DNA from: Mobula hypostoma
Taxonomy: Eukaryota
Length of the DNA stretch: 64,000 nt
NCBI RefSeq assembly: GCF_963921235.1
Contig: NC_086097.1
Coordinates: forward strand, 63,180,001-63,244,000
Direction of reading: 5' to 3'
A program made the position numbers and the translations under genes. The notes below the pieces were generated by a model, which saw only the letters and a list, made by a program, of their open reading frames with translations, did not search any database and was not told the DNA's origin. This document shows, piece after piece, positions 12,237 to 24,376 of the stretch. The stretch's first letter is position 1. Every line of letters starts with the position of its first letter.

Positions 12237-12823
12237 GCCACAAGTGAGAGAGCGACAGCAGCCACACCCCAGTCAACAGCTTCGACAAGACAGCTAAACC
12301 AGGTGAGGGTAGCTGACGGGTCTCAAACCCTTGGTGAGATAGGGAGATGTCTATCCCAGCATGTGAAGACACACAATTCCGGCAGATTGAGCGAACGAGA
12401 CCAATGGAAGGTCCAACGGTCAAGAAAGCGGTTTCTGCAAGCGTCGTGGAACGTGTTGAGCACAGGACACAGAAGACGTCCTGGTCATCCACTGCACCTG
12501 GTCCCATCTCCAGCCATCTCAACTCTGACTTGCCACTGCATCCAGACAAGAATTGGGAAGAGAGAGTGAGACTGACGCTGCGCAACTCTCCCTCACATAA
12601 ATCCAAATCGTGCGCTAGTCTCGACACTATCAATGGTGTCGAGGTCTTCATCGATGATGACAATGGACGAACATGGAAGAACAATGGAATGAACAACAGG
12701 ATTTCGATCAACAGCTTCTTCAAACGGTGAAAGATTACTGGTAAAGACAGCAGATCACCAACCACTTCTTTTGAAAACCAAAGCTACGAAAAATGCATCA
12801 CACCTCTTGTGAAATATGACTAA
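12236..12823 (+). pseudogene. Unidentified captured coding fragment (C-terminal ~195 codons)
   Basis: One frame interrupted only by four TGA codons (12245, 12314, 12335, 12728), consistent with CGA>TGA decay; ends ...TTSFENQSYEKCITPLVKYD-TAA; no TE motif recognised. Confidence 0.55.
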
Positions 12824-12879
12824 TTTTGCTACAGCTTCACTTATTTCTTCTGTTACCACTGGTACATAACCATCATCTA

Positions 12880-12930
12880 GAGAAGTATGGCACAGTGGGC
12901 AAAGTCCCCCTCAGAGACTTGAGTTATAAA
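12880..12930 (+). pseudogene. Probable remnant C-terminus of Gypsy A integrase
   Basis: SPPQRLEL-stop resembles the RxRKPPxRLxL end of fish Gypsy integrases. Confidence 0.5.
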
Positions 12931-13028
12931 TGGGTCTTAGACCAAAAGTAAGAGAAAGGCTTGTTATAATTTGGTATTATTATGTTATTTTGTTATAATT
13001 TGATACTATTAAGTTACTAATGTTACAG

Positions 13029-13948
13029 TGTTACATACCTCATGGATATCTTGTGACTGTCTTATGACCATGATGTAATTGAGTAGCTGATGAGCATGAT
13101 GTAATGGTGTTTTGGAGGTCATCTGATGTAATGTTCCCACCGATGTGAGGTCACGTGATGACATGTCCACCACGGGTATAAAGGGGAAACCCCTGGTGAC
13201 GCAGTTAGTTTTCAGTTAGATCGTCAGTCAGGTACTCCGCTATGCTGCGTATTCGTCCCATGATGCAGTTTAGTTTTAAAACGGAGTTTTACTTTCTATT
13301 GTAAGGTACAGAAGTGTTGGGCTGGTAGTTTCACCAATAGCTGCCAGCTTTGTTGGTGTACCTTTTCAGTAGTATTGGAGAGTGAAGACATTACTAAGGT
13401 ACGGAACCGAAGGGAGTTGAGTAAAGCTGATATCGTTCGGTGGTATTGGAGAGGATCGACCATTATTGAATCTTTGTTCAAGAAAGAGTAATCTGCATGA
13501 GATAACCTCTGCTAAAGCAGAAAAGGTTGTGCAGTGTCTATTCTACAGAGGAAGAGGTCAGTTCCTTTAAACCGTTTTATTTCCGTCGTTGTGAATCCTG
13601 CGGACAAGGCAGGTTCCGGCTGGGATCAGCAGTAACGTCAAGTCTTCGAGGAATTCTTTACTTCAGGAAAGTCTCTCCTAATTGACTGTATAAATCTCTT
13701 GGACTTTCAAATTTACCATTCTAAGAACTGTTTGTTCCAATTTACCACTTTAATACTGTGTTCACATTTACCGCTTTAAGAACTAGTACTGAGTTTGGCA
13801 GTTTGTTAAATGGCCGCATAGCAGTTTACTTCCGGTTAAGGTTTTCGTTTGTTTATCTTTTTACTAATGTTGAGCAGAGTTTAGTAAATGTTTATTTGTT
13901 TATAAAACCTGGCTCATTTCTATATTCATTGTTGCCGGTCACGTGATA
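13029..13948 (+). mobile_element. Probable solo LTR of an unrelated family in the Gypsy A 3' region
   Basis: Starts TGTTAC, TATA-like GGGTATAAAG near 13175, ends ATAAAACC...CACGTGATA; no convincing TSD. Confidence 0.5.
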
Positions 13949-14040
13949 CTATGTAAATAAATGGTAGGCGTTTGTATGTTAGGGGTAAACATATTTGTTT
14001 ACCATAGTGTTCCAGTAAAAAAAACAGTTGATACACTATT

Positions 14041-14058
14041 AAAATAAAAGGGGAGGAG
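14041..14058 (+). promoter_or_regulatory. Polypurine tract of Gypsy A
   Basis: AAAATAAAAGGGGAGGAG immediately before the 3' LTR. Confidence 0.85.
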
Positions 14059-14281
14059 TGTATTGTATAGCTACTGTATAATATGGGACTATTTTATGTT
14101 GTAGGGACATGTCGTTGCATATGCTATTAGGCACGTACTGAGCATGCGCTATTAGGCACGTATTGATCTGTACGCGTGTGTTCAGTTTGGTTTCAGTCAG
14201 TAAAGAACCCTGTTAATATAGCTCCCATCTCCAGCATTTTTATTTATAGCTTTGTTGTGTAACCTGGTCACATACACAACA
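14059..14281 (+). repeat. 3' LTR of Gypsy A
   Basis: TGTATTGTATAGCTACTG...CACATACACAACA, 223 bp. Confidence 0.93.
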
Positions 14282-14760
14282 AGGCACAATTGAGAGCATC
14301 CTGACTGGCTACATCACTGCCCGGTATGAGAACTGTACTTCCCTCAATCACAGGATTCTGCAGAGAGTGGTGCAGACAGCCCAGCGCATCTGTAGATGTG
14401 AACTTCCCACTACTCAGGACATTTACAAAGACAGGTGTATAAAAAGGGCCCAAAGGATCATTGAAGACCCGAGCCACCCCAACCACAAATTGATCCAGCT
14501 GCTACCATCTGGGAAACAGTACCCGCAGCATAAAAGCCAGGGCCAACAGGCTCCGGGACAGCTTCTTCCACCAGGCCATCATACTGCTTAACTCAAGCTG
14601 ACACAACTGTATTTCTATGTTATATTGACTATCTGTTGTACATACCATTTATTATAAATTACTATAAATTGCACATTGCACATTTAGCTGGAGACGTAAC
14701 GTAAAGATTTTTACTCCTCATGTATGTGAAGGACGAGAATAATAAAGTCAATTCAATTCA
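14282..14760 (+). mobile_element. Rex1/Babar-like LINE 3' end (target of Gypsy A)
   Basis: GTIESILTG...VQTAQRICRCELP...HPNHKLIQLLPSG; AATAAA and (CAATT)n tail. Confidence 0.8.
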
Positions 14761-15372
14761 ACACAAGTGTTGGTCATCAACTTCAGGAAGGGACATGAAG
14801 CACATACACCTGTCTTCCGACAATGGTGCTAATGTTGAGGGCTTCAAGTATCTTGGAATGAACATTACCAAATTTTATCAATGCACCATAAAGAGCATCC
14901 TAGCCAAATGCATCACAGCGTGAAATGGCAACTGCTCTGCCCATGACGACAAGAACCTGTAGAGTGGTGGATACAGTCTAGCATATCAAGTAAAACATCC
15001 TCCCCTCCATACACTCGCTGGCTCAGTAAAGAACCCAGCACTATCAAATGCCTCAGCAACATGGGCATCCTCCCCAGGCAGAAGTTACAAAAGCCTGAAA
15101 GCACTTACCGCCATGCTCAAGGACGGTTATAAGACCATTGAAAGATTCTTTAGTATGATAAGATGGACTCTTGAGCTCAATCTATCTCGTTATGATCTTG
15201 CACCTTATTATCTGCCTGCACTGCACTTTCTCTGTAGCTGTTATACTTCATTCTGCATTCTGTTGTTGTTTTACCTGGTACACAGTTGTAATGAATTGAC
15301 CTGAATGAATAGTATGCAAGGCAAGTTTTTCCCTGCACCTCAGATTGTGTGACAATAATAAACCAATTTACC
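14760..15372 (+). mobile_element. Highly degraded Rex1/Babar-like fragment with 3' UTR tail
   Basis: VEGFKYLG, FYQCTIKSILAKCITA; tail is related to 47865-48070. Confidence 0.55.
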
Positions 15373-15791
15373 AATTTGCAATATACAATATGTAGTGGCT
15401 TGTTTGAAAAACAGCAAATTGAAACTGCTTAAGTGATGAGTCCTCATCATTCTGCTGCCCTGAGCTTCTATGACGTTTACATGTTGTAGAGCATGTGCAG
15501 CATAAACTCGCATCACACAAAAAGAGCACCAAGAAAAAATTGTCATCATTTGGAATCCTGTCTTTAGATACTTTTGTGCTACATAATAGAATCTCTAGAC
15601 CATTATATCTGCTCTTTTGGATGGGAATGAACCTGTGATGACTTTGATATTTGTTCAGATTGGGCAATATTAAGCAAACAATAACTCAATGGTAATACAG
15701 AATTTAGTAAAGCCAAAGCTTAATGCATGAAGCAAGGACTTGCAGAGAGTGGAATCAATCCGGGTCCAGGAGGTATTCATGTTAGGAAATG

Positions 15792-16830
15792 ATCAGAATC
15801 AGGTTTATTAACACTGAGGGATACGCGGAACTTATTTGTGGTAGCATGACAAATAAATTACTATAAAGCACAAAAATAAATAAATAAACAAATAGATAGT
15901 ACAAAAGGGAACAGTGAGATAATGTTCAAGGACCAATCAGAAATCTGATGGCAGGGGAAGAAGCTGTTCCTAAAATGTTCAGTGTGAGTCTTCAGGCTCT
16001 GAATCGCCCCCTCAATGGCAATAATGATAACAGAGCAGGTCCCAGACAGTGAAGGCCCTGACGATGGGTTCCACCTTCCTGAAACACCATCTTTTGAAGA
16101 TGTACTCGATGGTAAGGAGGTATCTGCCCATGAAACAGCTGGTTGAATCTACAACCTCTGCAGCTTCTTAGATTCTGCATATTGGAGACTGCATTGCAAC
16201 CAGTGATGCAACCTGGCAAAATGCTCTCCACCGTACACCAGCAGAAATTTGCTGGGGTCTCAAATCTCCTCAAACTCCTCATGTAGTATAACTGTTGGTG
16301 TGTCTTTTTTGTGATGTGTTGGTCCCAGGATAGATTCACTGAATTGTTGATGCACAGAAACTTGAAGCTGCTCACCCTTTCCACTGCTGATCCCCCCCAT
16401 GAGTGTGGGTGTGTGTGCTCCCCAGCTTCCCCTTACTGAAGTCCACAATCAATTCCTGACATTGAGTCTAAGGTTTGTTGTCGTGACACCATTTAACTGT
16501 CAAATCTATCTCAATCTGTACTCTTCCTCATCAACATCTGAGATTCTGCCAACAACACCTGGCAAATTTATAAATGGAGTTTGGGCTGCGCCTAGCCACA
16601 GTCATGAGTGTAGGGAGAGTAGAGAAATGTTATGCATACATTTTTCAAGTACACTTATGTTGATTTTCAACGAGAAAATGTTATTATTGATGCACACTGT
16701 GGTCTCCTGACAACAAAGTAAAGGATCTATTTGTAGAGGAAGGTACAGAAACCCAGGTTTTAGTACTGACAGGGTGATAGTGTTCATCACAATCGATAAA
16801 CAGCAGACTGATATATGTTCAGTACATTGT
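15792..16830 (-). mobile_element. Degraded Rex1/Babar-like LINE
   Basis: ERVSSFKFL, CTVESILPGCIT; ATCAGAATCAGGTTTATT tail. Confidence 0.7.
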
Positions 16831-17939
16831 TGTTGTCCAGGAGCTCCAGAGTCAAGGGGGGAGTCAATGAAATTGCCTTCATTAAAGTACCCTTTGTGGT
16901 GACAGGTATATTGTAGCAGGTTCAGGTTTTAGTACAAGCAGGAGTTAATTTTAGCCATGACCAACATTTCAAAGAACTTGGTAGGTGTGAACACTACTGT
17001 GCAATGGTTGTTAAGACACTTCACTCTGCTCTTCTATGACTGATGCCCTTATGAAACAAGTGGGAAATTCTAACTGGAGTAAGTGAGATTAGAGAAAGAT
17101 TAACTTTATTTGTCATACATATATCAAAATATGCAGTGAGACACACCATTTGTGTCAAATCAAATCAGCAAGGATTGTGCTGGAGACAGCCTGCAAATGT
17201 AATCACAATTCTGAAGCCAACATACCATGCCCAAAACACACTTACAATAACTGCTTGTCTTTGGACTGTGGGATGAAACCAGAGAAAATCCACGCTGTCA
17301 TGGAGAGAACGTACAAAGTCCTTATATTCAGCAGTGGGTATTGAACCCCAATCTCACAGCCATTGCTGTGAAGCATTGCACTCACTACTCCATTGTGCCC
17401 GACTTGAGAGGTTGAAGATGTTCATCAACACTTCGACCAGATGATTGGCACTGGGGCCTGACTCCTTGTGAAGATTCAATCTCTTGAAGGATATTTTGAC
17501 AATAGTCTCCAATCCAATATTGGGTCCCCGGGGATATAAAGTGAAGAGATTGTAGACAATAGGCTGAAACATTAGTGGCTTAAGAACAACATTCTCAGGG
17601 AAGTACAATTACAAAGGTACTTTGCAATGTACAGAAGGTCAAACAGATAGAAACTCACAGAGGAAAAAAAGTACTAAAAGAAAGGTTAAGGTTGCATTTT
17701 CCCAAAGGGAATATCAAGGGAAATAGGAAACTATTTAAAGTTATTTTTTGCAGACAATTAACGATCAAGAATGAGGAAGGTCCTTTGAAGGATGTTTTTA
17801 AAAAGGTTTTAATGAAGGATAAAGAAAAGCTGATTAGCCATAAAGACATTTTAGCCTAGATTCTAAAAAAAAACTATTGCAAAAACTTTACCTACTAGGA
17901 TTGAAGCCTACAAGTTAGTATTACCCATCATTCTGATTC

Positions 17940-18350
17940 CACAGTCATAGTCATACTTTATTGATCCCGAGGGAAACTGGTTTTCGTTACAGTTGCACCA
18001 TAAATAATTAAATAGTAATAAAACTATAAATAATTAAATAGTAATATGTAAATTACACCAGGAAATAAGTCCAGGACCAGCCTATTGGCTCAGGGTGTCT
18101 GACCCTCCAAGGGAGGAGTTGTAAAGTTTGATGGCCACAGGCAGGAATGACTTCCTATGACGCTCTGTGTTCCATCTCGGTGGAATGAGTCTCTGGCTGA
18201 ATGTACTCCTGTGCCCAACCAGTCCATTATGTAGTGGATGGGAGACATTGTCCAAGATGGCATGCAACTTGGACAGCATCCTCTTTTCAGACACCACCGT
18301 CAGAGAGTCCAGTTCCATCCCCACAACATCGCTGGCCTTACGAATGAGGC
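17940..18350 (-). mobile_element. Rex1/Babar-like LINE 3' fragment
   Basis: ILDNVSHPLH...RHRKSFLPVAIKLYN; (GTCATA)n tail. Confidence 0.75.
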
Positions 18351-19304
18351 CTTACGAATTCCAACACATGGTCAGAGCATGGGAAAAGTGTTCCTGTACC
18401 AGAATAGTTTGTTTCACCTGGAACTGGCCTTGGATCTCATTTACTTGAGGTATCATCAGGCTGGTCACTCTCAAAGAGGACTTCAGTTTAGAGCTGTTGT
18501 GCAAATCCTGGGTATGCCATGTGGATGGAGGGGTGGAATCAGGAGTGCAGGGAGTACTGCAGGCAATTTTGAGAAGGTGAGGATTATCCTGCAGGAAGGT
18601 AGCGATCAAGAGATGGTAAACAACCTTGAAAGAGGCCACGAGTGCAAGAGCGTGAGATGAGTTTAAGGTGACATGAAGAAAGAGAGGAGAAAGTCAGTCA
18701 AGTCTGGCCATCAGGCTTTGACACAGCAGTAGATCTGGAAGGAGCAGTCATTAATTACACATTCCTTTGGTATTCAAAACTTTTTGATAACTTCTTACTT
18801 TAAAGGTTATTTTCCAGAATAGACACCTACATCTATTCATCTGAATGGAAATTGTCTTTACAAACTTCCTCTGCTAATTTACACTTCATCACAATCTCAC
18901 CACTTCCATCATACCACTACATTCTCGAAATCATTACCTAAGCTAATTAGAAAATCAAAGTTCAAACCATAAAAATTCTAATAGATACCTTATGTATCTT
19001 ATGGAGTCCTATGGTTACAAACTGAGCTGTATACACACAAGTGGGTTCATCCTTTCTTTCTTAAGTGGCTTCATTCATTTTAGATATTGCTGTCTGTCTG
19101 TATCTTGTTTTACGGCGGTTGGCATCCAGCTTAATGGTGCATTACCGCCACCCTCTGCTGCAGAATGTGCACTAGACATACATTCTAAATCCCTTCACCC
19201 AATCGCACACGCGTATACACACACACACACACATATACAAACCTACACTTCACCCTCCCATCTTTGACCATCCTAGTATCCTATTCCTGTTTATTCGTCA
19301 TATT

Positions 19305-22300
19305 CTATAAAAAACCCCTGTACCCCTTAAAAACGCTAAAAATACCCGGACGTGCTCTCTCACCCATGCCCAGCAACCCTTTTAATGTGAATTCCTGCAT
19401 CCCCAACTCCCTTAATTTATTTCTCATCATCTCTGTCTGTATCCCATACTTCCTGCAACACAAAACTACATGTTCTACTGACTCCTCTTCCTGACATTCC
19501 TCACACAATCCTGTCTGGTGTTTCCCTATTATTTTCAATGTTTTGTTTAATGCACAATGCCCCAGCCTTAACCTAGTCCGCACAATTTCCTCTCTTCTGT
19601 TTCCATTACCTACCCTAGTAACTGCAACACTCTTTTGTATTTGATATAAATGCCTCCCTTTCCCCTCCCTGTCCCATCTTTCTTGCCACATTCGGTTAAT
19701 TTTTTTCCCAGATTACACACTTAACCTCTGCTTTACTGATACTGATGTGCATTTCCACATTTTCTTTCTTTAACGCCCTCTTTGCCAACTCATCCACCCT
19801 CTCATTCCCCTTCACCCCTACATGTGCTGGAACCCATAGAAATTTTACCTGACCTCCCTGATTTGCAATTCTTGTAACTAACTGAAGGACTTCATAAAGT
19901 ACATCTTGCCGACTGTTTGTGTGAAAAGACCTTAAACTTGCTAGAACTGAGGATGAATCTGAACATATCAATGCTTTGGATGGTCTGGCTTTCTGCACCC
20001 ATTGCAATGCAACCAACACTGCCAGCATCTCCACTGTAAACATCCCTAACTTATTAGATGTTCTTCTGCTGATTCCAATTTCTTTTGCTGGTATTACCAC
20101 CTCAAACCCTGTCACTCCTGTTTCAGGTTCCTTCGCACCATCCGTATAAATGTGAGTATAATCACTATACTTTTCCATCACATGACAGTTAAATGCATTT
20201 ACCAAATCTGTTTTATATCTTTCTTTCCTTTTTACCTCTAACAAATGTCAGTCTATGTCAGGCCATACAAGCTTCCATGGAGCTACAACCGGATAAACTA
20301 CTGAAGGACTTATCCTCAGATCAAATACTCCACATTCTTTCACAATATCATTCCCTACCCGACTAAAGGTATCCCTCTGAAACCTCCCATTTTCCCAGCA
20401 CTCCTGCAACACTCCTTTAGTAGGGTGAGAATCATTGTGCCCCTGCAAGTTAGCCCAGTAGTTTGCCATCAGTTGCATCCTTCTTAGTTCCAAAGGCATT
20501 ATTCCCATTTCTACCTGTAGTGCTGACACTGGTGACGTTTTAAAAGCCCCACTGCACACTCTCAAGGCCTGAGCCTGAATCACATCCAGTTTCCTTATAA
20601 GAGACCTAGCTGCTGATCCATATACTATATTTCCATAATCCAATACAGATCTCACTAAAGTCACATACATTCTCTTCAAAGCTGAACAACTTGCTCCCCA
20701 TTCCCTACCAGTCAAACATCTCATCACATTTATTACTTTTTTACATTTCTCCTCAACTTTCCTGATATGGTCTACCCATGTTAATTGTAAATCAAATATA
20801 ACTCCCAGAAATTTAAATGATGCAACCCTTTCTAATTCAACCCCATACATTCTTAACTTCTTCCCTACCTCAACCCTTTTCCTGGTAAAAAATACAGTTT
20901 GAGTTTTATCTACTGAAAATCTACATCCCCAATCATAACCCCACTCCACCACTTCATCAATTGCTTCTTGTAGTTTCCTGATTATATGGTCCATGTTCCT
21001 GCCTCTTTTCCACAAGGCCCCATCATCCGCAAACAGTGACCTACCTATATCCACTGGTACCTTTGTGAAGACATCATAGATCATAATGATGAAAAGTAAC
21101 GGGCTAATCACACTACCTTGAGGTGTGCCATTTTCCACTATGTACTGTTTTGATAATTCTGATCCAATCCGAACTTGAATTTTTCTACCAAACAAAAAAT
21201 CTTTAATCCAATTAAAAACTCTCCCACCAACCCCCATCTTGTGCAGTTTAATTAATAATCCTTCCTTCCACATCATATCATAGGCTTTTTCAATGTCAAA
21301 GAACACTGCCACTACTGACTCTCTATTTGCCTGGGCCTTCCTTATTTCAGTCTCTAACATAATCACTGAGTCCATGGAATTCCTTCCCTTTCTAAAACCA
21401 CTCTGATAACTTGCCAGCATTCCCCTTTTCTCAAGCTCATATGATAACCTTTCTGTTATCATCCTTTCCATTATCTTACATACACTTGATGTTAATGCAA
21501 TTGGTCTGTAGCTAGTGGGTTTTGACAGATCCTTGCCAGGCTTCCTTATTGGAATTACTATTGCTTCTTTCCATGCACTTGGTAATCTTCCCTCCTCCCA
21601 CACTCTGTTATAAAAATGCAGCAACTTCAAGAGCGCTCCTTCTCCTAGATTTTTTAGCATCACAGAGCATATCAGATCTTTCCCTGGGGAGGTTGGTCTC
21701 GATCTCTTTATTGCTCTCACCATTTCTGCTAATGTAAATGGATCATCAATTACATCATCTGTTCCTTCCCTCCTGCTTAACACACCTGGGTGTTGGCTCA
21801 TTATTCTTTCCCTTCTTCTTCTCCCTTCTTCAGACAAATTTTCTGAACTGTGTATCAGTACAAATGACTTGGCCATGACCTCAGCCTTATCCCTACTGGA
21901 GACTGCAGTTTCCTCCTCAGATATCATTACTGGATATTCCCATTCCCTTCTATCTCCTCCCATCCTCTTAATCATTCCCCATATCTCTCCCACAGGTGTT
22001 GTTTTTCCTACCTTGTCGCAAAAACTCCTCCAACTTGCCCTTTTAGCTTGACGTATAGTTCTTCTCACCACTGCCTGTGCTTTCTTATATTGAACCAAAT
22101 GCTGCATATTATGGGTTCTTTTAACTAGCCTGAATGCTCTATTTCTGTTTTTTACAGCCTGACAACATTCCTCTGTCCACCATGGTACCAGTTTTCTATT
22201 CATCCTATTTTTACTCCTAGGTATAGATCCTTCTGCTGCCATGATAATTGCTGAAGGCACCTGACTGTTTAATTCATCTACATTTCCAGAAATATCAATC

Positions 22301-23051
22301 TTTGTCAACCCTTCTTCACTCAACTTCTGGAACTTACCCCAATCAGCTTTTTCAAACACCCACTTTGGGGTTCCGCCACCTGGTCTTACTTCAACTCTTT
22401 CACCCACTGAACACAAAACTGGGTAGTGATCACTGCCTACTGTTGAAGCAGTCCAAACTCCCCAGTTACTAATGCCAGCCAAGGTATTAGACACTAACGT
22501 AATATCTAACACTGACTCAGTTCCTGTTGTTATATCTATCCTTGTGCCGCTACCATCATTCATACACACCAAATCCCTTTCTTCCATCAAATCTTCAATT
22601 ACCTTTCCATTTGGATCTGTAATCTGATCCCCCCATATTGTGCTATGAGCATTGAAATCTGCACACCACACTACTTTATGTCTGTTTTGTCCTTGTATCT
22701 TTAATAGGCTGTCCAAATCCAACCTTTTACATGGATTGTAGTAGTTAATTATAACCACTCCCTCCCTCTCTCCCACACTTCCAACACTATGTATTCCTGA
22801 TCATCTCCTTTTTCCAGTACCCTATATGGTATACCTTGCTTGATTAACATAGCACAACCCCCTCCTCCCCCTAGATTTCTATCTTTCCTTATCATTGTAT
22901 ACCCATATACCACAAAGTCTAAAGTTGGTTTCAACCAAGTTTCCTGAATACACACTACATCCGGTTTTACAACCATTTCTTTAATAAAGTGCTTGAATTC
23001 CTGGCTATTGGCCAGTAAGCTCCTTGCATTCCATTGTAAAAGAATCACCAT
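19305..23051 (-). pseudogene. Nimb ORF2: APE endonuclease, RT, RNase H
   Basis: QWNARSL, DFNAH, GSDHYP, YRPIALTS, GTPQGSVISP, LFADD, IYTDGAK, WVPAHVGVKGNERVDELAK; frameshifts near 22780 and 19700; in-frame stop at 20248. Confidence 0.92.
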
Positions 23052-23119
23052 AATTAGTATTAACCAACACATGACACTTCCTGGCTTGACTGATTACTGA
23101 GGTTCTCCCTCACTTCCTC

Positions 23120-24376
23120 TCATGTCAGTCCTACTAACCCTAAATGGTTTACTGCTGCTTTTACCACCAGCTGAATTTTGTCACTTTTTGACTTTACCTC
23201 AGCCGTACTATTAATCACTCCTGCAATGAATGTTACTAGAGCCTTTTTGTCTACATAAATCCTGTCATTTGTTCTTTGTTGCATCTCTCGTATCCCTATT
23301 GCTCCCTGTTCATTAGGAGCATTATTCTGTTCTCTTGACATTCTTACAGCTTCTGCATAAGTGATCTTTCTTTTCACTCTTATTTCTTGAATCTTAGTCT
23401 CCCGTCTCACAACCTCACACCCACTATATGCAACATTATGAGCTCCTCCACAATTGCAGCATTTTGGTTGAACTCCTGTTCCGCACTTTCCATATTCATG
23501 ATCACCCCCACATCTAGCACATCTCCTCTGCCTTTTACAGATTTTAGCCACGTGTCCAAACCTTTGACAATTATAGCACCTCAATGGCTTTGGCACATAC
23601 ACCCTTACTGGGTAACTCATGAAACCCAGGAACACCTTCCTTGGCACTCTTTTTTCTTCAAATTCAATCAATACAGATTCACTTTCCTTTTTCACTCCTT
23701 CCTTTGTTGTTTTCAGTCTTTGAACATTCATTACTTTCCCTCCTTTGATATTCCTCTTTATCTCCTCCATATTTATACTCATTGGTATCCCCGTGATCAC
23801 TCCTTTACAACCACTGTTTCGTGCTCCCACCCTCCCAGTGTATTCCACCTTGCATTTTCCTACCTCTTTTAGCTTGAGTGCTTTCTCAAGTTGTTCCTCA
23901 TTCGCACATCTTACCAATAAGTTGCCATCATTAAGGACTTTTGCAAATACTATTTCCCCTATCTTATTTGTCAGAGTTGTTGTTAGCACAAACAGGTTAA
24001 TTTTCTTCATATGTCCCTGAGCCTTCTCATTAAACCTAATTATGACAACACCTCCTCTCTGAGCTTGTTCATCTTCCTCACTTTCAGAGCTTTCTCCACT
24101 ATCATTTCTTATTCTTTTATTCCCTTTGTCTTGGTTTTTATTCATCCGACCCCTCACTACCTCCTCATTCCCTTTATTTCTCCCTTCACAATAATCCAGC
24201 TCTCCCCAGCTGCCTACTTCTGGTCCCAAGTCTCTATCCCTCTCCTTCTCCACTTTCTTTCCCTCAACCCCGCCTCTTATCTTGTCCACCATTACCGGAC
24301 CCACACGACCCCCCTCCCAGCAATATCCGTTCCTTCCCCACTCTCTTTCCCTCAACAGGTTCCAAACCACATTCAC
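23120..24376 (-). CDS. Nimb ORF1, Gag-like with CCHC knuckles (probable premature stop near C-terminus)
   Basis: PKPLRCYNCQRFGHVAKIC, CARCGGDHEYGKC, CCNCGGAH. Confidence 0.88.
   Translation of the reverse strand: MNVVWNLLREREWGRNGYCWEGGRVGPVMVDKIRGGVEGKKVEKERDRDLGPEVGSWGELDYCEGRNKGNEEVVRGRMNKNQDKGNKRIRNDSGESSESEEDEQAQRGGVVIIRFNEKAQGHMKKINLFVLTTTLTNKIGEIVFAKVLNDGNLLVRCANEEQLEKALKLKEVGKCKVEYTGRVGARNSGCKGVITGIPMSINMEEIKRNIKGGKVMNVQRLKTTKEGVKKESESVLIEFEEKRVPRKVFLGFMSYPVRVYVPKPLRCYNCQRFGHVAKICKRQRRCARCGGDHEYGKCGTGVQPKCCNCGGAHNVAYSGCEVVRRETKIQEIRVKRKITYAEAVRMSREQNNAPNEQGAIGIREMQQRTNDRIYVDKKALVTFIAGVINSTAEVKSKSDKIQLVVKAAVNHLGLVGLT

Larger units (their letters stand above)
1081..14281 (+). mobile_element. 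Ty3/Gypsy LTR retrotransposon A, non-autonomous, pol replaced by captured sequences, with nested insertions
   Basis: Similar TG...CA direct repeats at 1081-1304 and 14059-14281; flanks GGGCA (1076-1080) and AGGCA (14282-14286); PBS, PPT, gag and protease inside. Confidence 0.93.

Noticed and set aside
12223..12765. 180-aa minus-strand ORF
   Set aside because: The plus-strand frame shows the CGA>TGA decay pattern; the minus ORF is probably its shadow
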